From Lingula anatina (lineage: Eukaryota; Animalia; Brachiopoda), in the NCBI GenBank assembly GCA_051362555.1, contig CM120644.1, forward strand, positions 9,928,954 through 9,992,953: 64,000 bases of DNA, in the 5' to 3' direction. A model generated the notes under the pieces. It ran no database searches. It had not been told where the DNA came from and was given only the letters and a program-made list of their open reading frames with translations. Below are positions 56,166 to 64,000 of this stretch, in pieces. Position 1 is the first letter of the stretch; every line of letters starts with the position of its first letter. Position numbers and translations under genes: made by a program.

Positions 56166-59100
56166 CGTATATATACAGAGTGAGAAAATCTACAAGGGTT
56201 TAAACAGACTGTGGTCATCTAAACATTGATTCAAAATATTAATTTCAACAGATCAGGATATTATTGATAAAATTCTTCTGTTTTTTTTCCAAAATGGCAA
56301 TAAGTTATGACGGTGGCAGAAAATACACTATACCTTCACATCAGGTCTGGACGGATACTTAAAGTGGATGTTCTTGAACTCAATCTCTCCCCTCACAGAG
56401 TCCGGTCTCGTCCCTTCCCCAGAGTCGCTGTTGATCTCTGGCACTTTGTCTATGATACGGTAGATGACGTACGCGGCACCACGCGCCGTGCCAAAGTTGG
56501 CCAGGGTTGGAGTGGCGTTCCCCAGGGAGAAGGCTGCTATGATCACAGCAAAGAACACCTACAAGACAGGAGTAGGAGGAGGGGTACATGTAATAAGGTT
56601 ACATATAACTTAAAACTTTGAACATAACAAAATTCAACTTGGGCAATCAATTTACATTTAGACCTTTTCCTGACTTAATTTATAAGATGACCTAAGTGAC
56701 CTGGAAGGAAAAGTATCAAAAATGCACATAAAATCCAATTCCACAGAAAATCTCACTTCAATAACTTGTCCCCTAATAATATTCATTATTATCCACCATA
56801 CAATATAAATCTATAAACACATTTAAGATAATATTCCAGTCCATACCAGCATCATGTTTCCCACAGTGTAGGTGGTATCTGTTCTGACCAGGTGTGCCCC
56901 ATACCCAAACCCCAGGGCATAGGCCCCAAAGATGATCATCCAGGTGAACCCCATCCCTGCCCCTGTGGTCAGGGCCTTCTTGATACCTGACTTCTTGGCA
57001 TCTTCAAGGTTGTTGTTATACCTGGAAAAAAAGTAATAATAAATGACATATCGATTTAAATCACTGTTATTTGCTTACCTTATTTGCAATAATATTAATA
57101 ATACAGATAATATTTTTTTATATAAAATATCATTATATAATAATTTAATGGTATTGACCTAGTAGTAGCTTAATCTAAAATAAATAAAAGCTCCTTGTTT
57201 TTCTATATCAGACTTCTTGTCATTGTCAGTGTTGTGCTGTAATTGGGATAAAATTTAAACTACAGCATTATCATGGATCAATATTTTTCCTTTTTGAAGT
57301 TAGAATTTCTGACATTACTACTGTTATTGTCATTGCTGATTTCAAACTCATTTAATATACCTGTTAAATGTAGTTTTCAAACTTAGTCCCAAATTGTAAA
57401 ATAATCTATCAATAAAAGTGTCAATCTGGCACAAATGAATTCACTGTTCCATGTATCAGATCAGTCTCAAACATGCCTACCTGTCACACTCCTTATCCTG
57501 GCCTCCAAATGCTACCACAGTTCTGATAGCGCCCAGTACTTCTTCTGCAACTGAGCCTGCCTTGGCATAGGCTGTCAACTCATTGCTGGTCATTTGGGTG
57601 GTCAGCTGTGAAAGTAAATAATGTAAGACAATTAACCAATAGTCACTGCTATGATAAGCTGTGAAAATTAATCTTAACTATATTATAAAAAGAAACCAAT
57701 GATTCATAGTGAAGACTAATGAAATCACCGAAAAAAATCGACAAGACAAATCTTAATTGGCTTTATGCATAATTTATACTTTTTTACCGCATGCAGTCAT
57801 GAAGGAATTCCAATTACGCAGAAATAATAAAATTGGCTTAATATCACATACCCTATGTAAAGCATATGTTGAGAAAAGCTATAACAAAAGCTACTGTCCA
57901 CCCTTCCCTTCCTGAAAAGTTTATTGATTAAGAACCCAAAATTGCTTCACAATTCATTCAATACTCACATATGTCATTATCCCTGACGCCAAAATGATGA
58001 GCGGACTGACAGCCAGTACGACCAGCGTCAGTAACCAGCCTTTCACAAATGCCAGGATGAGAGAGGCGAGGGCGGCTGCTATCCCCTGGAAAAACTGACC
58101 CAGTTTCTCATTAATACCTGCAGCTATCTTAGAGATGTCACTGAAAAAGAAAAAGTAAAAATATATATAAGCCATGAAGGACCACCAAACACAATCTACC
58201 ATAACATGCCACCTGGTGAGATTTTTCTGCTATAAAGTACTCATTTTTAAAGAAGTCTCAATGCCCAATTCATTTAAAACAATCATGTTGGATGAATTAT
58301 AAACTTTTGAATTTCTACCCTAACTTTTGAAAATCTTGGCATATTCCAAGCCAGTGGCAATACTATACAGATGAATTTCCATCAGAATAATTCTGAAAAC
58401 TCCCTTGTGGGGTGATTAACTCTCATGCTGCTCAAGGAGGCTTGTCATTCAGTTAATCTGATTGCATTCAGCCAGTGTCCCCGCAGAGTTGGATCGATCT
58501 ACCTAGTACGATACTTTCATTGTGAATGCACTTTAAGTGACCACTTACTCAGACATCCTGGTATTCAGCTCTCCTGGCTCGTGTGTGTCAAACCAGCCAA
58601 TTTCCTGGTGGAGCACGGAGCGGAAGAAGGCCAGGCGGATGGTGTGTGCCTGTCTCTCAGAAGACCAGGTCCACATGGAATACTCCAGGTAGCTGAACAC
58701 CATCACCCCAACACCAATACCTGGGGAAAATAACAAGTTGGTATAAAATTTAATTAAAAAATGCACAGGGGTAGATGGTAAAGGTTCTTTGACCACAGGT
58801 AAAGGTTCTTAGACCACAATTAAACTAAGGATATGCGATTCTACTTAGAAATGTTTCATTGTCAATCTGACATCTTCTCCGGTCTATACTGACAACTAAG
58901 TAGCATTCACATTGTCAGTGGTCAAAAAAAAGTTGTTGACACTCCCCCTCCCTGCCTTCTTAGTCCCTACCTGTCTCCAGTGACATCCGACCTGCACAAT
59001 GTTGCTCAACACGCAATTGTAAAGATAAAGAGTGCCAAGCCCACCAAACAGAAACAAACAATCATCATATGTTGTAGTAAATGCAATATCCTCCATATGC

Positions 59101-61102
59101 AAGATAGTTGCCAGTATGGTTTATAGCAACCAGCAAGTAACAGGTGTGACAAAGTACAGCAGTGTGTTAGATGTGACACAGTGCAGCAGTGTGTTAGGTG
59201 TGACACAGTAGAGCAGTGTGTTAGGTGTGACACAGTGCAGCAGTGTGTTAGGTGTGACACAGTAGAGCAGTGTGTTAGGTGTGACACAGTGCAGCAGTGT
59301 GTTAGGTGTGACACAGTAGAGCAGTGTGTTAGGTGTGACACAGTAGAGCAGTGTGTTAGATGTGACACAGTGCAGCAGTGTGTTAGGTGTGACACAGTAG
59401 AGCAGTGTGTTAGGTGTGACACAGTGCAGCAGTGTGTTAGGTGTGACACAGTAGAGCAGTGTGTTAGGTGTGACACAGTAGAGCAGTGTGTTAGATGTGA
59501 CACAGTGCAGCAGTGTGTTAGGTGTGACACAGTAGAGCAGAGTGTTAGGTGTGACACAGTAGAGCAGTGTGTTAGGTGTGACACAGTACAGCAGTGTGCT
59601 ATGCGAAATACTCACCCACATAATAGAGGGCAAAAGTTGTCATCTGGTCCAGGATGTTGCTGCTGGTGCACCCTGTGGCATTGATCAACTGACAACATCC
59701 CCTAAAATAAAATGAATATGCCAGTCATAAGCAGTTTTAGGTGTTAATATCAAAGCACTTATTACTTCATTTATTATTATTATTATTTTTAATATTTTTT
59801 TCTGGCAATTATATCACTGATTTTGTTCAATTGATTTACCTAAAAGAAGAACACAGCCATTTGGTTAAAAGTAATTTCATACTAGGGCAAGACCAGTGAA
59901 AAGAATGGAAATCACTACAATTATAACAAAAAAGCACTCACTCCAAAACCTGTGGGTTCTTTCTGAAATATTCCTCATTATATGTAACAGAGGACTGTGT
60001 AGTGATATTATTGGCTGCAGCATTGTCAGCGCATGCTTGTAAGGCCCGCGTAACCACACTCCCATCTCCCACAAAGGAGTCAATCATATCGCCAAAGACC
60101 ACGATCATCAACGGCAGGGCCAGTCCATGTATAATGGCTGCCAGGCTCCCTATGCTCATCAGGAAGTAGTCAAAGCCAGAGGCAAAGCGGAACTGAAATA
60201 CACCATGGTCACCAATGACAAGTTATTGTTTCTTTAGAAAAAAAAATTCAGGATGTGCCAGGATTGTTGTTTTGGCATAGGCAGAGTGGAGAATGAAGAA
60301 CCTTATCATTCCATGTGCAGTTTCCAGGGTACCTAAGAAAAGGTGTGTTTGGCAAAGTAATTATTGACAAGTACCATAAACCTGTCAGTGATGTCAGGAA
60401 AACAGTTTCGCATTAAAATCGGGAGTGCTGTTCCTTTCTCCAAAACATGCAGTCTGTTCTTCCTTACCCAAGTTACTGAATTAGGATCATACTGAACTTT
60501 CTTCATAAAATTTTTAATATATCAAAGGCCTACCCAACTACCAGACTCGGCACCGAATGATCCTGAATTCACCGGTAGATCAGACCACACTACCCGTTTT
60601 CAAGGTGTGTGTCAGATCGCATTACACAGTATCAGACGCGACACCTTGAAAACGGGTAGTGTGGTCTGATCTACCAGTGAATTCAGGATCATTCAGTGCC
60701 GAGTCTGGTAGTTGGGTAGACCTGTATCTGTGCTTTGTAAAAATCTACAGATTTGGTCAATTCAGTACATTATGTATGTACACAAACAACAAACATTATC
60801 ATGACATTTGACAGTACTGTGATTCTTAAGAATTACAAGCTAACAATCATGCATCTATTCACCAAAAGGCCAAAAATGTCAAACAATGTAGAAAACTGAG
60901 CTTACTATCTCAAATACCCCGACCATCTTTTCTGGCTCTTCCTTCTTCTTTTCATCCTTTTCTTCTTTTGGATCTTCTGGGGAAACTTTGTTGGCGGAGC
61001 CTGGAAAAAAAATGAAACTAAATATCAGGGCTGTTTTTCACCTTGACTTTTTTCTCCAATTCGGAGGAAAACATAACACTGGTAAATCTGCAGCAGGTAG
61101 AC

Positions 61103-61161
<59 letters not shown>

Positions 61162-61370
61162 TGTGTGTGGGGGGGGGGGGGTAGGGGGGTCAAGGTGCCA
61201 CACTGAAAATAAGGATACTGTAAGAGATCTTCAATGAAACAGAGTGCCTATCATACTTGACTTTGTTCAGATATATTCCCCTTTACCTATTGATTTAACA
61301 ATTAAGCTGTCCATTTACCTTCTTTCACCTCTCCGTCTTGTTCATTTAATGGTACAGCAGTGTAATCCAT
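42821..61370 (-). CDS. ABCB1: ABC transporter subfamily B full transporter (P-glycoprotein/MDR1-like), ~27 coding exons
   Basis: Probable ATG 61370, stop 42821-23. TMD1 exons 60192-56333; NBD1 (GSSGCGKST ~55800, [11 protein letters not shown] and [12 protein letters not shown] ~54740-54900); linker ~50122-50288; TMD2 49785-45322; NBD2 (GSSGCGKST ~44540, [15 protein letters not shown] ~43450-43590). An alternative upstream first exon is not excluded. Confidence 0.95.
44734..44985. repeat. 37-bp minisatellite, ~6 copies (intronic)
   Basis: Unit GTTAGTTGAGACTGGTGGATGAATTGTGTTTTGATGT. Confidence 0.93.
47508..47711 (-). CDS. ABCB1: ABCB1 duplicated exon, variant B (204 nt)
   Basis: [72 protein letters not shown] flanked. 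Confidence 0.92.
47795..47998 (-). CDS. ABCB1: ABCB1 duplicated exon, variant A (204 nt)
   Basis: [72 protein letters not shown] flanked. Confidence 0.92.
53240..53850. mobile_element. Probable ~610-bp MITE in the ABCB1 linker intron
   Basis: Terminal inverted repeat ATAATAACTCTTC / GAAGAGTTATTAT; CpG-rich interior unlike the flanks; 53695-53800 is similar to 35255-35360. Confidence 0.6.
55940..56162. repeat. ~62-bp duplication followed by (TA)n
   Basis: Directly visible. Confidence 0.9.
59143..59598. repeat. 27-bp minisatellite, ~17 copies (intronic)
   Basis: Unit GTGTGACACAGT(AG/GC)AGCAGTGTGTTAG; produces spurious 9-aa repeat ORFs on both strands. Confidence 0.97.
60526..60723. mobile_element. 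Near-perfect ~200-bp palindrome (foldback MITE-like)
   Basis: ~80-bp arms CTACCCAACTACCAGACTCGGCAC...TTCAAGGTGT / ACACCTTGAA...GTGCCGAGTCTGGTAGTTGGGTAG with few mismatches; no clear TSD. Confidence 0.8.
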
Positions 61371-63086
61371 GATAATACTTAGGATCCAAGGTGTCACGAG
61401 AATCCTTTATTTTAATAGAATGCCTTGTGTGTATATTCACTGCTTTCTTCACATCAGCAGAAACTCAATACTATTTGATACCTTATCCATCCAAGATTAT
61501 CAGTGACGGACAAAATATACCTATAACAATTGCTTGACAACGTTGTACCACAGGAAAACCAGCAGTGAATCTCTGGGTAAATTAAATGATATCAATATTT
61601 TATAACCTGCTAAAATTGGACACATTCAAAGGAATTATTATTAGAACTTTGCTCTTTGTAAAAAGAATGATTAATGCCCCACAACATGGGAGTCAAGATC
61701 CACATCTATTTCAACCATGACAAGAATACAGTTAACAAAATCTATTGATCACTGATAATTTATGCTGACATTAATGACTAGAAAAAACTCCTTAAGCTAG
61801 ACAAAAAACAAGTTAAGAAATATGCCATATGTCCAAGTATCTGCTGTCACAGGTTGAAAATGAGCCAAACCTAACTGAAGAATAGACATTACTTAATCAT
61901 GACAAACCATATAAATGCAGGCAAACAGTTGTATATGCCAGACCAAATAGTCCTTGATCACAATCCAAATACCATGTGTCCACAGAATACAATAAATTAA
62001 TTAATCCTGAGACAATTTATAATATAAGTGATGATCAAGTCCACTAATGGAATTCCTCATGAATATCAGACTACACAGCACACCAATCCCGGACATAGTG
62101 CTATATATATAGTAGATATGCACAATACACATGCTATATTTTTCCTATGCCAGGAGCTGTATTCCAGAAAGGACCTCGCTGCTGTAACTCAGATATCAAA
62201 ATCCTCAGTGAATCAACTGTACATACGCCGTCTGATGACTAGCCTACGTCCTGGACCAGTCCAAAGCTCGGACTTATCAGAAGTCTGCTTCACTTTCCGT
62301 ATATGTGCAAAATCCCTAATGAAATTCCTCACGACTTCGCCACATGCAAACCTGCACAAGTGATGGCCACAGTTCACAAAGACACCCAGGACCTGCACTG
62401 ACGGAAATGACATATGGCCAGATGCAGTCCTTATTGAAATCAAACTGGTGGCCGCACAGCAATACTACAAACTGTTCTAAAACAAATGTGAACACTAAAC
62501 AGCTGTTGGATGGACATGTACTATGCTTCCACTGACCTGACTGCAATCACAACAATGAAACCTTCACAGATTCAGTCTATCCCGGCCCAGTGTGAACAAG
62601 GCCACTGAGTGACGACACCTGTGTCTTAGCCCCAAGACATACAATATGGCTGTGGCAGCTCTTTGGTAAGACTTATACCAGAGCTGAACATTATGATAAT
62701 TGCAGGCCAGATGCTCTCTCTGGTAAGTATTACTTTGATAATCAATATCAGCAATCACCTTGCTTGGTTTGTTGATAAAACAATCACAGAGACTTATCGC
62801 ATGCTTAGCTAATGGAGGCACTGCCACCTTTAAGTGCCATTACTGCCCAGAATATATATATCTACGAAGAGGACCAGGGTTAATAAGAATTGTTATGCTG
62901 AAGATCACTTGTAAGTCCATGGTCTAAATAATAATATGTATGAACCAAGTTTTCTAATACTTGTTTCACTTGAGTTGACATTTAGTTGTATAATTAGATT
63001 TAGAGCCAAATATTGAATCACAGTAATGACCAGCCAGTGCTATCAATTGTAATGTCTTTTTTAATGTTTGCAACATTTTCTTCAAA

Positions 63087-63132
<46 letters not shown>

Positions 63133-64000
63133 TACACACCCACAAACATAACATACATTTCTACATAAAACTGAGGCATAATGGGTAGTGCAAGGGTCAT
63201 GAACAGAACTCCCTCTTGAAACTAAGTGCAATTCAAAGCTGAAAGCTGCTTTCATAAGCTCAACATCAATAGAAAATTACATGTCCTCCTCTAGTACCAT
63301 TGGAATTTTTGAACTGGATTATGAACATTCATAATTTAAGGTTGGTATGATAAGATCTTTATTCATTTGTATAGGGAAAAACTGCAAGCACTTCTAAATA
63401 ATAAGTTACAATTCAAAAAAACCCTGAGTTCTTCCCTGCCATTTAAAATAGTCATCTACTAGTATACACACTAAAGCAAAAACTTTTCAAACAAGTTAAG
63501 ACTGAAGCAGGCAAACTTCATGTAACATCTAGGTATCAGCTTCTACAGATTTCTTAGAATAATTCCTTTCTGGCATTTGAGATCATTACTAGTAATAATA
63601 ATTATTTTAATCATGTATACAGGTCTTTTTTAAAGAATCAACTTTATTAATTCATGATCACTGGGCTAAAACGACAATCACATATGAAACTAAAATTTAG
63701 AGAATCAATAAAAAAATAAAAGAACATGATAACAAAATAAATGAAAATAAAAAAAAACTGACAAAATTGTATAACATTCTACTCCTATGATAAGTACATT
63801 TTTGATTTTAAAAATAATAAATAATAATTTATGAAAAAATATGACATTCATCCACTGTTTACATAGTGCACAGATCACAAAGTATCAATTCACAGAGAGG
63901 AATGATTTCAAAAGATGAAGGTATTAGCTACTGAGGGGGACCAACTCAATAAAACAAGAGCACAAGCACTGCTAGGGAAGAAAATACCTGAAATGCTTCT

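Noticed and set aside
59006-59684. Cys-rich repeat proteins (metallothionein- or keratin-associated-like)
   Set aside because: Translation of a 27-bp intronic minisatellite, open in several frames on both strands.
62000-62900. Degraded retroelement or gene fragment upstream of ABCB1
   Set aside because: Slightly GC-richer with short ORFs, but no convincing RT, RNase H or integrase motif by eye.

Overview
AT-rich eukaryotic (animal, probably marine invertebrate; taxon is inference) genomic DNA with spliceosomal introns. From left to right: (1) the end of a ~1.25-kb tandem array (1-8503) whose unit carries two degenerate tRNA-like genes; (2) a type-I membrane receptor gene with two SRCR domains and a Tyr-motif tail (+); (3) an uncharacterised low-complexity protein gene (-) head-to-head with (4) shugoshin (+), whose SGO motif is split by a 7.2-kb intron; (5) inside that intron, an antisense single-ORF gene joining an LRAT/HRASLS-type NlpC/P60 domain to a repeat domain resembling the C-terminus of plant MUT9-like kinases, plus a three-layer transposon nest; (6) a full-length ABCB1/P-glycoprotein gene (-) with a tandemly duplicated, probably mutually exclusive transmembrane exon and candidate linker microexons. 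Exon borders were read by eye from GT/AG and frame continuity; family assignments come from recalled motifs, not searches.
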